Assembly: GCA_951406725.2 (NCBI GenBank)
Contig: OX597827.1
Location: 38,750,001-38,814,000 of the forward strand
Reading direction: 5' to 3'
DNA: 64,000 bases
Source: Octopus vulgaris
Lineage: Eukaryota
Part shown: piece after piece, positions 13,252 through 24,907 of the stretch
Layout of the letters: every line of letters starts with the position of its first letter
Position numbering within the stretch: position 1 is the stretch's first letter
Made by a program: the position numbers and the translations under genes
Notes under the pieces: generated by a model
What the model was told of the DNA's origin: nothing
Databases searched by the model: none
What the model saw: the letters and a program-made list of their open reading frames with translations, nothing else

Positions 13252-16200
13252 GCACACACATACGCACAAATGTTGAATTGTGGTTGAATGACTGAGAGAG
13301 GAGTGCTCAAAACACGTTGCAAACATATGGTTTTATTGAAAGTGAATATTTATCTTAGGACTCAAATTTCCCACCACAGTAATTTTCAGGCTGACGAAAT
13401 CACAGACATACTAAAATTTACTTTCAGTAAACTATCATCATCATCGTCAACATTTGACATCTATTTTTATGCTAGCATGGATTGGATGGTTTGACAAGAG
13501 CCAGCTAGGTAGAAGACAACACCAGGCTACTGTGTCTGTTTTGGCATGGTTTTTACGGCTGGATGCCCTTCCTGACACCAACCACCCCATAGAGTAAGCA
13601 GTCTTTTTTACATGGCTCCAGCATAGGCAATGTTTTGGCATGACTTTTACAACTGGCTGCCCTTCCAAATGCCAACCACTTCAGTGTGAACTGGATACTT
13701 TTTACATGGCACCAGCACAAGTAGGGTCACCAAATAACTTGCAAGATAAGGAATTGTGAGAGGGGAGGGGGCATTAGAGGAGGTGATTTTGTGTCAGATG
13801 ATGAAAGATTAGAGTGTGACAAAGAGACAGAGAGGCAGAAACAGGTGTCTTGCTTTAGAGGAGGTACTTGGTTACTCAGCCAAGAGAGAGAGAGAGAGAA
13901 TTACTGAAGACAACAATACCTGTTCTGAATCAAGGCATCAGTAAAACCAGCAATATAAGATGTTCGACTTTTCAAATCAGTCTCAATATCTGTATTGTCC
14001 AGCGTGATGTAAGGAAACAAGTTGCTCCAGTCTTGACGGTGCCATGCTAGTGCTGGTAAACTCCTGTAAATTGAAAAACCAAAACAAAATTCTTATATAA
14101 TCATATATATATGTGCATGAGTATACGTAATCATGTGCACACACACACACAAGGGGGTGCTGAAAAGTTCCTGGCTTTAAGGGCATCATGAAAGGCCTGG
14201 TTGGAGACCCAACCTTCCAAATTCTTTTATAGGTATTAGAAAAAATGAAGGATCACTGCAATAAGTGTGTGAATCTGAGAGGGGAATATGTTGAATAAAA
14301 TCATAATTAACTGATCCTCTGTATTTCCTTTTATCCAAAGCCAGGAACTTTTCATCACCTCCCTCGTTTTTCAAAAATATATTACACACACACACATATA
14401 TATTTAAAAATATATATACACATACATACATATACATTCATATGCTGAACACACACATATACAGCCATATACTGGACACACACCAAAAATATACCATTTA
14501 CTCACCGAATAAAGGTCAGCAATTCACTTATTTTAGGATGGTAGACTACAATAGACTTTTTCAGTAACTGTGCAGTGTAAATTAGAATTGTTTCCACTCC
14601 AAAGATTTGTATAACATCTGGAAGAGAAAAACATTTTACTTGAGTAAAATCCAAACACTAAAAACAAAAGATTGATGACTACTGAATAAATATTACATTG
14701 TTGTTATTTTTTAATCTGTGTTTTTTTTTTTACTTTTTTTTTTACTTTTTTGTTAATAGGTTTAATAAGGAGAGACTAGCTGTGTGCATGACTTTCACAC
14801 ATTCTCTGAGACTAATGATATTGTAGTGGCTGTTGTTCTACTTCAACAGCTGCAAATTGACAACCGCAAGAAAAATGCAGGGCAGAATAAAATTTCAAAA
14901 GATATCCTGGACATGAAGGATTGGACAAAGTGGTGGGTGGGTGAGGAAAACAGTATTGGTGATAATATGAGAGACCAGGAGAGAACATTCAGATTGCTCT
15001 GTCAAATATAATGTATCTTTATTCACATTTTTCTCAATTCATCATGCCTTACCTCATACTTTTGAGATTTCGAGGATGTCATTTATTATATTTTTAGAAT
15101 GACATTGCAGAGTAGGTGTGAGAGGCCAGATCTGGCCAGTTTGAACATAAAACAGGTAGAATATTTAGGTCGGATGTGGCCGGTTTAAATGCTAAAGGGT
15201 TAATCATGGGTTCTTTACTCACTTCTCAGGTTAGATGCAGCATAAGCTTGCCTGACATCAAAGTCTTTTGATGTAAAATGCATCTTGTCTTCTGTTTTAC
15301 ATTCCCCTTTGGTCACAACATTCAAGTAACACTGTAACATTGTTGCTGGACTGGCAGATTTCATGTAGACACTGCTAAGAACTTCACACAAGGCTTTATA
15401 TTGCTCTGGTTGAAAGGTTTTGGCAACTAAAACCAAAGACACAAAGGTCACCTGTAAAAGTAAAATATTAGTCTATTTATTTATTCATTTACTCTTCCAT
15501 GCTGCATCTACTTTTTCTATTCCTTCTTGGAGAGAAATGAGGCAAGAATGTAAAGTTAACTTACAAGTGAGGTGAGAGAGTGAATGGTTATTAACGGCAT
15601 TAATTGATGCAATCATGAAGAAAAGACTGCATTGGAATTGATGATGTAATGTAATGTGAATAGATAATGAGCAAAGGAAGGATAAGATACAAGGAGAAGT
15701 GATGGAGGTATGAGGGATGCCGAAAAGTTCCTGGCTTTGGGTAAAAGAAAATACAGGAGGATCAGTTAATTATGGTTTATGCAACATGGTCCCTTATCAG
15801 ATTCACACAGTTATTGAAGTGGTCCCTTAGTTTTTTCTAAGTTCTGTAAAAGAACTCAGAAGGTTGGGCCTTCAACCAGGCCTTTCATGATACCCTTAAA
15901 GCCAGGGACTTTACTGTACCCCTTCATATATCTCAAGATGTTGTGCCTCACAGATAAGATGCATAGAATTAGGACAAATAGTGATATTCAATACTGTCAA
16001 CAAACCCAACACATACCAACATGGAAAAATGTATGTTAGAACAATGATGATGATGATGTAGTAAAAATAATAGTGGAACAAACCTTAGGTAAACTGTGAC
16101 AGTTCAGAGGTACTTGTGTTGTATAAATGTAATACCAATGTCGTTCAGACTGGCTGTACAAAAACTCTATGTGAGGAGATGCCTCTGTGGCAACATTGCA

Positions 16201-16568
16201 GCGATGCAGAAATTTCTCTTGCTGTTCACCACTAATGGATGGATATGACCAAACAAACAGGCTGTCAGCATTGTTATCTTTCTCTGCGAACCAGGGAAAC
16301 AAGAATATAAATATTTTTTTTTTAAAAACCCAAAGATATCTAATATAAAATATATGAAAATTTCTTGACATGCAAAAGATAACACTATCTGGAGATACAA
16401 AATTTATAAAGGTAGCTTGAAATAGAAAACATGTTGACAGACAAAACCTATAAAAATATTTTTAAATATATGGTGCAAAGATGTTGCAGATTGCAAGCAG
16501 GAAATTGTGATAGTAAAACAAAATCTGGGAAGGGGTTAGGAGGTCAGAGCAAACCTAAAGACAATCTA

Positions 16569-16618
<50 letters not shown>

Positions 16619-17457
16619 TATGATGTGCTTGCCCACTTGAGTGATCAATGTACAGGCATGAAATAGTAGGAATATAGCGGTACAAATTATGAATACTCCA
16701 ATGTATGTGGAAAAAGACCTCAGGGGTACACTTTTTTTTCATACTAAATACAAATATAATGAGATGGGAAACTTTGATCAACCAAGGTTATCCAAGCCTT
16801 TAGTAGCCAAAAGATCCTTGGACTGTTTAAAAATCTCAAAATAAGGGCGACAGCTGTAATAAGATCAGTTGATCTAAATTCGCATTGCATATTCTAGTCA
16901 GTTGCCAAACTAAGAGTGATCAATAGATAGAGAAATCCAAAGAATAGCTTTGGCCCAGTGGTAGAATGCCTACAATGCTTATAAGAGATGTGCATTTCAG
17001 TCCCACAAATGACCTTCAACTTTTTCTATGGGTTTCTTCAACCCAGTATATACATCCTATCATTTATATCCTTATCTGCTTCGAGATTCACCATTTCAAC
17101 AAAGAATTATTTCATGCTCTTTCAAAGGATATTTTCCTTTAGCCATATGGCTTGTATACATAATCAGTATCACACATTCTTTCTATTTCTTTGTATTTAT
17201 TGACCACTCTTAATCATGTCAGTGGAGAGGAATATACTTCACTGATGAGGTCTAATTAATATTAAAACAAGCCTGTTGTTTTCACAAGTTAAGTTTTAAA
17301 GACCAATCCTGGTTGTCTTTATTATCCAAAGGTCAACTCATCTCACTGAAGTTTTTTTTTTTAACATACTAAATTACAAATGTGGTAACTTCACCGTTTT
17401 GTATAATAAATACGCTAAACGCTTTCCTTAAATACTTTCTCCTCGTACTATATATAT

Positions 17458-17494
<37 letters not shown>

Positions 17495-18486
17495 AAGGAG
17501 GGGGGATCGAACTCATGTAGATCGGGTTTCGATCCCACAGCGTGACATCTTATGCAAGAATCTTCTCTTATAGCCTCGGGTCCGTTAATACCCCTATTGG
17601 TGAAATTTGGTAGATGAAAACTGTGCAAGTAGCTCGGCGCTATATGCGTGCGGCTGTGTTTACGTTTTCGGACTGGAAACCACTATTGCTTATATCTAAG
17701 TCTCGAAGTACTGGAAGTGTTACATTCCGCCAAACCCTTGAGGGCGGTGCCCCGGCATGAAACCAGTATAAGAATATATACACTACTTATATATCATCAC
17801 CTGATACAAAGTTAAAATTTTAATGTGTATAAACTATATATATATACATATCCTTAATGGAACCGGGAAAACAAAAACTTTTAAAAGCTTATTTTCCAGA
17901 AGGGGTGTGTTACAAGTTCATTCCGTAACCCGTTAAAATACCTCCTCTACAAGCATCAGTTGATTTCATTCATAAACCTGACCTATTGTATGAAATTTTA
18001 GGCATATTTGCGTTGCTAGCTTCTTAGACACCCAGTCCCACGTTATGATAAATAAGTACATAAATACAACCAGTTAGGAGTGTATTTACGAGTGTACGTG
18101 TGTGATATGAAATGTTTCTTCCTTAACAATAGTCATATCCAGGTTTTCTTTTCTCTAAACATCAACACCGATACAAATTTAATAAAAATGATGATGATAA
18201 TAATAATAACAAAATAGTAAACAAACATGGGTTTAACAGACGGCTGCTAACGCTTAATCGTGTAGCAATGTATTTCCTTGATGAGAGGGGAGGATGCGAT
18301 ATAATGAATATTTACAACTTATAAGGAGACCTTATATATACGAAAATAGATTTGTGTGTAAGGTTAAGAATTAACTGGGCAAAGAAGAGAAAATATTAAA
18401 AAAAAAGTATAGATATACGTAGAAAAACAAAGACACCGCCACTCACCAACCAAACCAATGGATAGCAACTGACAAGCACCCGCCAT
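9699..18486 (-). CDS. DENND10: DENN domain-containing protein 10 (FAM45A), complete, 353 aa; complement(join(9699..9872,11091..11185,11501..11568,13920..14063,14506..14617,15223..15451,16084..16283,18447..18486))
   Basis: Eight GT-AG exons with consistent phases sum to 1062 nt. The protein MAGACQLLSIGLVEKDNNADSLFVWSYPS...FQPEQY...KDFDVRQAY...SLPALAWHRQDW...DLYD...MGKLHKDI...ETFLYNLAVCEGLAKY* follows FAM45A motifs end to end. Confidence 0.94.
11091..11185 (-). CDS. DENND10: DENND10 exon 7
   Basis: tcag|AA ... AAG|gtaaga; SLAMGKLHKDIAMFMVKCAED. Confidence 0.92.
11501..11568 (-). CDS. DENND10: DENND10 exon 6
   Basis: atag|A ... G|gtaagt; SDLYDLLVNLQTREISVSPGAK. Confidence 0.92.
11745..11870 (-). 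mobile_element. 5'-truncated SINE with a 14-bp TSD
   Basis: TSD GTATGTTTTAAATG at 11731-11744 and 11871-11884; same tail as the 7266 copy. Confidence 0.85.
12486..12706. mobile_element. piggyBac-like MITE (other copies near 14985-15203, 53163-53375, 63644-63745)
   Basis: Termini TTAACCC(T/A)TTAGCATT ... AATGCTAAAGGGTTAA across copies; shared internal sequence. Confidence 0.6.
13920..14063 (-). CDS. DENND10: DENND10 exon 5
   Basis: acag|G ... AG|gtattg; SLPALAWHRQDW...YIAGFTD. Confidence 0.92.
14150..14366 (+). mobile_element. Mariner-derived MITE
   Basis: TIRs GGGGGTGCTGAAAAGTTCCTGGCTTT / AAAGCCAGGAACTTTTCATCACC; internal NKCVNLRGEYVE* mariner C-terminal motif. Confidence 0.8.
14506..14617 (-). 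CDS. DENND10: DENND10 exon 4
   Basis: ccag|AT ... CG|gtgagt; VIQIFGVETILIYTAQLLKKSIVVYHPKI. Confidence 0.93.
15223..15451 (-). CDS. DENND10: DENND10 exon 3
   Basis: acag|GTG ... A|gtgagt; VTFVSLVLVAKTFQPEQY...AASNLR. Confidence 0.93.
15711..15926 (-). mobile_element. Mariner-derived MITE, inverted copy of 14150-14366
   Basis: TA-flanked; same TIRs; internal sequence is the reverse complement of the 14150 copy. Confidence 0.8.
16084..16283 (-). CDS. DENND10: DENND10 exon 2
   Basis: cgcag|AG ... AAG|gtttgt; EKDNNADSLFVWSYPS...HSLPK. Confidence 0.92.
18447..18486 (-). CDS. DENND10: DENND10 exon 1 (start codon)
   Basis: caagATGGCG context; G|gtgagt donor; MAGACQLLSIGLV. Confidence 0.88.
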
Positions 18487-19659
18487 CTTGCTAGTCTAAC
18501 AATCATTCAGTATAACTCTACATAGAAGAACTCCTGAGAAACTGCACAGACTCAATTCTTTGAAGCAGAAATATCACACATTTAGGCTACAATAATGAAT
18601 ATTATTTTTCTTCTGTTCCACTTCTTTTTTGCTTTACAATAATACAAATGGATATATTTTTCCAGCAATATCCTTTATCACCTTAGATTTCAATAAAAAA
18701 ACCAAAAAAAGAGGACAAAATCCTTTCCCTTTCTTTGAGGAAAAAAGTAAATTAATTTTAAAATGGAAAAGTATGAATGGAAAAATAATGAATTAAAAGC
18801 AACATAATGTTTATTAATCATTGAATGTTTCATGCCTCCTCTCTAAAGAACTTTGAAGAAAAATTTTCTTTATGGACTACCATAGAAATTTTAATGTAGT
18901 TTCATATTTATTTCAATGGTAGCATCTACAGGAATATCATGATCCACCTTTGGGAAGAGGGAATTCTGCCAGAATTCCTAAACAACTAAAATGTCAAGGA
19001 ATAATTTGTGCAATTGCGTTGTGGCTGTTGCACATGATCTGCATACCATCCTACTCAAATAAATTGCGCAGTATAAACATCTCAATATATATATTTATAG
19101 ATATATATATATGTGTGTGTATACCTTATATAGACAGATATTAATACATCAATATAATCATGTAGGTTTTTTTTTTATTACAATCAGCAGAAGTAACAAA
19201 ATGACTAAAAGGTTGTATGGTTACAAAGCCTACTTCCAAACCATATGACTTCAAGTTCAGTCCTGTTATGTAGCACCTTGGGCAAGTGTATTCTACCATT
19301 GCTGCAGGTTAACCAAAGCCATGAGAGTGGATTTGGTAGATGGAAACTGAAAGAAGCCCTTCCTATATGTGTGTGTATATATACTCTGTCTGGATATCAC
19401 ATAATGGTTGTAAATGGTTGACCATCACTGTGATACAAGTTAATTTCCAATGTTTCTGTGCAAAAACATGTCTGGTCATGGGGAAATATTACCTTGCTTA
19501 GAAGCAGGTGAGGGTTGATGACAGGTAGGGCATCTGGCCATACAAAAGATGTTGGTTTCCCAACAACATGGTGTACGTGTCTTCTATTATAGCCCCAGGT
19601 CAATGAAAGTCCTGTGAACTGATTTGGTAGACAGAGTATGAAAGTCATATATATATGTG

Positions 19660-19908
19660 AATGTAATATGTGACAATTATTTGGTAGCCATGATAAAACT
19701 CCGAGTTTCAGATGCCGAGGTGGAAATCCACTCTGCCATCTCTTCAGTTATCCGGCCATCAGAAAAAATGCTATGAAAAAGATGGTCTTTTTCATAGCAT
19801 TTTGTCCGATGGTGAGATAACTGAAGAGATGGTGGCGTGGATTTCCACCTCGGCATCCAAAACTCGGAGTTTTATCATGGCTACCGAATAATTGTCACAT
19901 ATTACATT
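19660..19908. repeat. ~125-bp-arm near-perfect palindrome (3-nt loop) containing hammerhead-like motifs; probable Penelope-like LTR derivative
   Basis: Arms are reverse complements around 19783-19785; CTGAAGA...GAAA core on the minus strand at 19692-19752, mirrored at 19816-19876. Confidence 0.85.
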
Positions 19909-20014
19909 TACAGATAAATTCCTCTATTTACATAATATCGAGGTCTCTTTCATTCTTATGTTGTCTTACCATTTTTATCAATATATATATAGATATAGAT
20001 TATTATTATTGACG

Positions 20015-20840
20015 CTTGCGATGGTATGGTCATGTACTGCAGATGGATGAGGAGAGATGTGTGAAGAAGTGCCACTTCCAAATAGTTGAAGGTATCAGGG
20101 GGAGAGGTAGACCCAGGAAAACATGGGATGAGGTAGTCAAGCATGACCTCAGAGCGTTGGGCCTCACTGAGGCAATGGCAAAGGACCGAGATCTCTGGAG
20201 ATATGCTGTGACTGCAAAGACCCGGGCTGCTTCCTGCATCAGTTCTGCATAGCCCCTGCCCATTCAAAGTACCCTGGATCCCAGAACGTCCCACTGTGCT
20301 TGAGGAGACCTGTTGAGTCAAGTACATGAACATGAACGTCGAAATAAATATCAATGGAAATAGTAGTTGTGATGCCTGTGCCGGTGGCACATAAAAAGCA
20401 CTATCCGAACGTGGCCGATGCCAGCGCCGCCCCGACTGGCTTCTGTGCCGGTGGCACATAAAAAGCACCATCCAAACATGGCTGATGCCAGCGCCGCTCC
20501 GACTGGCTTCTGTGCCGGTGGCACATAAAAATCACCATCCGAACGTTACCAGCGCCGCCGCCTTGGCTGGCTTCCGTGCCGCTGGCACATTAAAAGCTCC
20601 AACCGATCATGGCCGATGCCGGACCCCCCCCCCCCCCCTGGCACCTGTGCAGGTGGCACGTTAAAAGCACCCACTACACTCGCGGAGTGGTTGGCGTTAG
20701 GAAGGGCATCCAGCCGTAGAAACTCTGCCAGATCAGACTGGAACTTGGAGCAGCCCCTGGCTTCCCAGACCCCGGTCGAACCGTCCAATCCGTGCTAGCG
20801 CGGAAAACGGACGTTAAACGATGATGATGATGATGATGAT
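20015..20840 (+). mobile_element. RTE LINE, 5'-truncated: ORF end, 3' UTR with internal ~67-bp tandem repeats and (GAT)n tail
   Basis: RWYGHVLQMDEERCVKKC...GRGRPRKTW...DRDLWR motif, then 3' UTR ending GGACGTTAAACGATGATG. Confidence 0.88.
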
Positions 20841-20841
20841 G

Positions 20842-20875
<34 letters not shown>

Positions 20876-20883
20876 ATGTATAC

Positions 20884-20917
<34 letters not shown>

Positions 20918-20920
<3 letters not shown>

Positions 20921-21170
20921 AAAAAAATACAAACTGGGACAAGAACACAAAACATTTAGAAGACGATACAAAAAACACGGACGGAAAACTCGAAGCCTTC
21001 AATCTTCAGTCAAGAACCAGATCATCCTCGCAATTTCGGCTGATTAATCTTGAAATTGCTCCGATCTGGCCAGCCCCAAAAGAAAATCTAAGCCAAGCAC
21101 ATTAGATTCCTTGGAAGAAAGCCTCGAATGTATACAAAACAATGATGGAAAAACGGACGATGTTACACCC
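20918..21170. repeat. Unclassified interspersed repeat (second partial copy at ~40805-40945)
   Basis: AAATACAAACTGGGACAAGAAC...TTTCGGCTGATTAATCTTGA is shared by both loci, each preceded by (TA)n. Confidence 0.7.
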
Positions 21171-22100
21171 CATGTTTAATTCAGGCAATGTGCGTGGATA
21201 AGTCACAAAAATGGTGAAATATCAATATTCATCACTCCTCAATTTGATGGGGACTGAGTTGTCTCAATTGTCTATGACTTTTAGGTGTTTTAACACCCAG
21301 TGTTATGAGGGAGTCATCCCCCAGGCACTAAACCACAGCAAACAAAGAAAACACACACACTGAGTATGTGAAGTTGATAATGTGTACAACACTAACTGCT
21401 GCTTTTAACTTGTTATTGAATTTAATCTTACGCATACACAGCCATGACACACTATCAGTAGATAGTTCTTACATTATTTATATATAGTCATAGACTAGCA
21501 ATTCAATTTGTCCCCTGTTTGATTCAGGTACTTGATGTTGATTAAAAAAATGGTTGAAATATTGGTATCCATCATTTCTGGAAGTTGTCTCACCTTCCTA
21601 CAATTTTTGAGTGTTTTAACACTTAGTGTTATGAGGGAGTTTTCCCCAAGCGCTATGCTGCAACAAACTGGAAAACAAATTAAAACATGCTTTGAGTATA
21701 TGTGGTCAATCATGTTTACAACACTAGTATTGCTTTAAATTTGTAATTGAATATATATTTATGCATATATGTATGTGTGTGTGGGGGGGGGGGGAGTCGG
21801 TAGGTTGTCTATGAGTGTGTATGTGTTGACATTGTGTGATAGCCATAAATTGATGTCACTGTCACTCAAGCTGTGTAATTAATTTTCAACAGACTACGGA
21901 AACATGTCTTGCCGTGGGAAAATAATACTACCTTGCTTGAAAACAGGTGAGGGTTGGTGACAACAAGGACATCCATCTGTAGAAAATCTGCCTTAATATA
22001 AACTTTACCTGACTCATGCAAGCATGGAAAAGTGGATGTTAAGATGGTGGTGGTGGTGGTGGTGATGTAGGTGGTGTCGGTGATAGTGATGATGGTGGTG

Positions 22101-22126
22101 GGGTTAGGGTTAGGGTTAGGGTTAGG
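22101..22126 (+). repeat. Interstitial telomere-like (TTAGGG) repeat, about 4 copies
   Basis: GGGTTAGGGTTAGGGTTAGGGTTAGG. Confidence 0.75.
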
Positions 22127-22900
22127 TGGTGGTGATATGTATTCTTCTTTGTATTAAAAATTATTGGCAAATTTCAAGGTGAGATGTTCATTGTGAGCCA
22201 ACATTGAATTTTTAATGAATTTTGATATTTATTTCATTGCAAATGTCCACAATAATAATATTATCCATCTTTGGGGAGAGAGAATTCTGCCAATTCTCAT
22301 CAATAACTAAAATGTCAAGAAATACTTTGTGAAATTCAACAATTATATATATATATATATAACAGATCTCATCACTCACTGTAGTCTGTAGAGACTTCAG
22401 TATATCCTACCAAAACATGTAAAGATCATCAACATCATCCTCATCATCTTCATTATCATCATTGTTGTCATCCTCACCACCACCAAAGAATAAATAGTCA
22501 AAAAGAAGAGGGAGTACAATTCGACAGCTGTTTAATAAACACTACACATGTTTCAATACAACATAGATCCACATATATACAGGATTGAAATTTTAATTAA
22601 GTAACAATTTACCTGCATAATAGGACTTAGTTGTATCTTCTCAGGTGATATATAATCGCTGTCTCCATAAGTAAATGTTTGATTTTGATGCTATCACATC
22701 CAACTGGCTCCTTTGAATCATACTCTCTCTTCTTTTTGACTATTTATTCTTTGCTTTTTATTTTCACACACGAGGAATGCCTAAGCCTAGAATTGGTAGA
22801 ATACCATAATACTGCTGGCTATCTTGTAATTCTATGAGTGAACGAGCTCTATTTTATAGTCTATTAGTACTCTAATACATTCCTAATAGAATACACCTCA

Positions 22901-22939
<39 letters not shown>

Positions 22940-23642
22940 TTATTATTTTCATCATCATCATTTAATGTCTGTTGTCCATGCTAGCATAGGTTGGACAGTT
23001 TGACCAGTGCTGGTAAGCTAAGGGGCTGCACCAGACTCTTGTCTGATTTGGCATGGTCTCTATGGCTAGATGCCCTTCCTAACACCAACCAATGGCACCA
23101 GTATCTGCCATGACTACGATTTCACTTATTTTGATGGATCTTCTTCTCAAGCACAGCATATTGAAGAAGGTCTCAGTCATTTGTCATTGCCTCTGTGAGG
23201 CCCTTCATTCGAAAGGTTCTTTTTACATGCCCCTGGCACAGTTGCTAGTTATGTGACACTAGCATTGTCCACAATGCCTCCATAAGGCCCAATGCTCAAA
23301 AGGTGCTTTTAACATCCCATCAGTATAGTTGCCAGTTACATGATGCATCGTGTTTCCTTTGTGAGGCTCAACACTTAAAAGTCGTTTTCCTGCATGCATC
23401 TGGCACAGGTACTAGTTACATGACACCAACATTGATCACATTGCCTCCTCAGTGAGATCCAATGCTCAAAGAGTGCTCTTACATGGCACCAGCACAAGTA
23501 TCAGTAACATGACACTGGCATTAGCCACAACTATGAAGAAGTTCTTGTCAGAAGTGGAATTTAAACCCTTGCTGGGAAGACCCAACTGTGACCTGAATGC
23601 AGTGCCTTAGACTGTTTGGCCATCCTATATACACACACACAC

Positions 23643-23693
<51 letters not shown>

Positions 23694-24051
23694 TGTATAT
23701 AAATATATATATATGAGTAATCCCTTGCCCTATCTTGGTTAACCTGTCACGGTTCACATATCGCGTGACAGGTCAAAGTAGTCATCTAAATGTTGACCCT
23801 TCTCCAATATAACTAGAAACAATCTAAGGGATATAACTGCATCTCACACAATAAAAATATTTGAACAGTAAACTTTCATTTCAAGATTTTTGTACACATC
23901 CCTAGCTAACCAAGATTCTTTCCCAACCCCAGTTATAGGGAGGTTATGTACCTCTGGCCACAAAATCTGAGGAGTCATCTATACTGCTATAGGTACAAAA
24001 TCAATGGTTACTCTCTGACCAGCAATAACCAACAACCCTTTAAGTATATGC

Positions 24052-24054
<3 letters not shown>

Positions 24055-24082
<28 letters not shown>

Positions 24083-24127
24083 TGTATGTATGTATGTATG
24101 TATGTATGTATGTATGTATGTATGTAT
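24055..24127. repeat. (TATG)n microsatellite
   Basis: Seen directly. Confidence 0.9.
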
Positions 24128-24518
24128 ATGAAAATAATTAGACCTCAAAAATTTCTGACCAAGATTGTTTTGTTGTATTTGATTAATCAATATACTGTGT
24201 GCTCAGAATTAGTATTTAAGTGGCTGAGTATTCCACAGAAATGTGCACCATTAATATCATTCTCAAGTGGAGTTAGCATGACACTGTGTAACAATGCAGG
24301 GCCTTTAAGTTACTGGTACAGTCCATAAGATTGGCTTCCACACAGTTTCCGTTTATGCAAATATATAATTTCACTCACAAGATATGGATCAACTTGGATC
24401 TTTATAAACATGTGTGTATATGTTCCTATATATATATATTTAAGTCACAATATATGGATTCAAGTAATCCAGTTGTACTCATAAAAAAAAAGCTTAATGT
24501 ATCATTCTGCAAAACATA

Positions 24519-24907
24519 TCTTCTTTATATATAAAAGAGAGGTTGTGTGCTGTCTGTCTCCTACGATTTAGATTCCTAACTACTCCCACATTTTGCGGTG
24601 CAGTTTAACTGCGGTGCAGTATCTTATAGTCGTGATTCATATCGAGCCCTTCTGAGTATCAGCGCATGTCTACAATAAGTCTACGATTTAAAAAAAATTT
24701 ACCATCAATTTTTCCCATTTTTGGCATATATAAGGGAAGTAACTATCTAAAAATTTATTATTAAATCTCAGAACGTAAAAAGCTACAGTAACACCACCCC
24801 CCTTTGTGGTTAGCCATATTGAGATGGCTATTATACTTTACATCTCTAAAAATGCTTATATAGTTATTTCCCTTACAAACCCGAGCAATGCCGGGTGATA
24901 CTGCTAG
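24519..24907 (+). mobile_element. Non-autonomous Helitron
   Basis: Inserted between A and T; 5' TC; subterminal hairpin ACCCGAGCAATGCCGGGT (24879-24896); 3' CTAG; no TSD. Confidence 0.8.

Noticed and set aside
18668-18676. ATATCCTTT U12 donor-like motif upstream of DENND10
   Set aside because: On the opposite strand to the gene, with no exon or branch-site partner; shows such motifs can arise by chance
20378-20672. CRISPR-like repeat-spacer appearance
   Set aside because: Linkers are homologous to one another, the array lies in an RTE 3' UTR in eukaryotic DNA, and there are no cas genes
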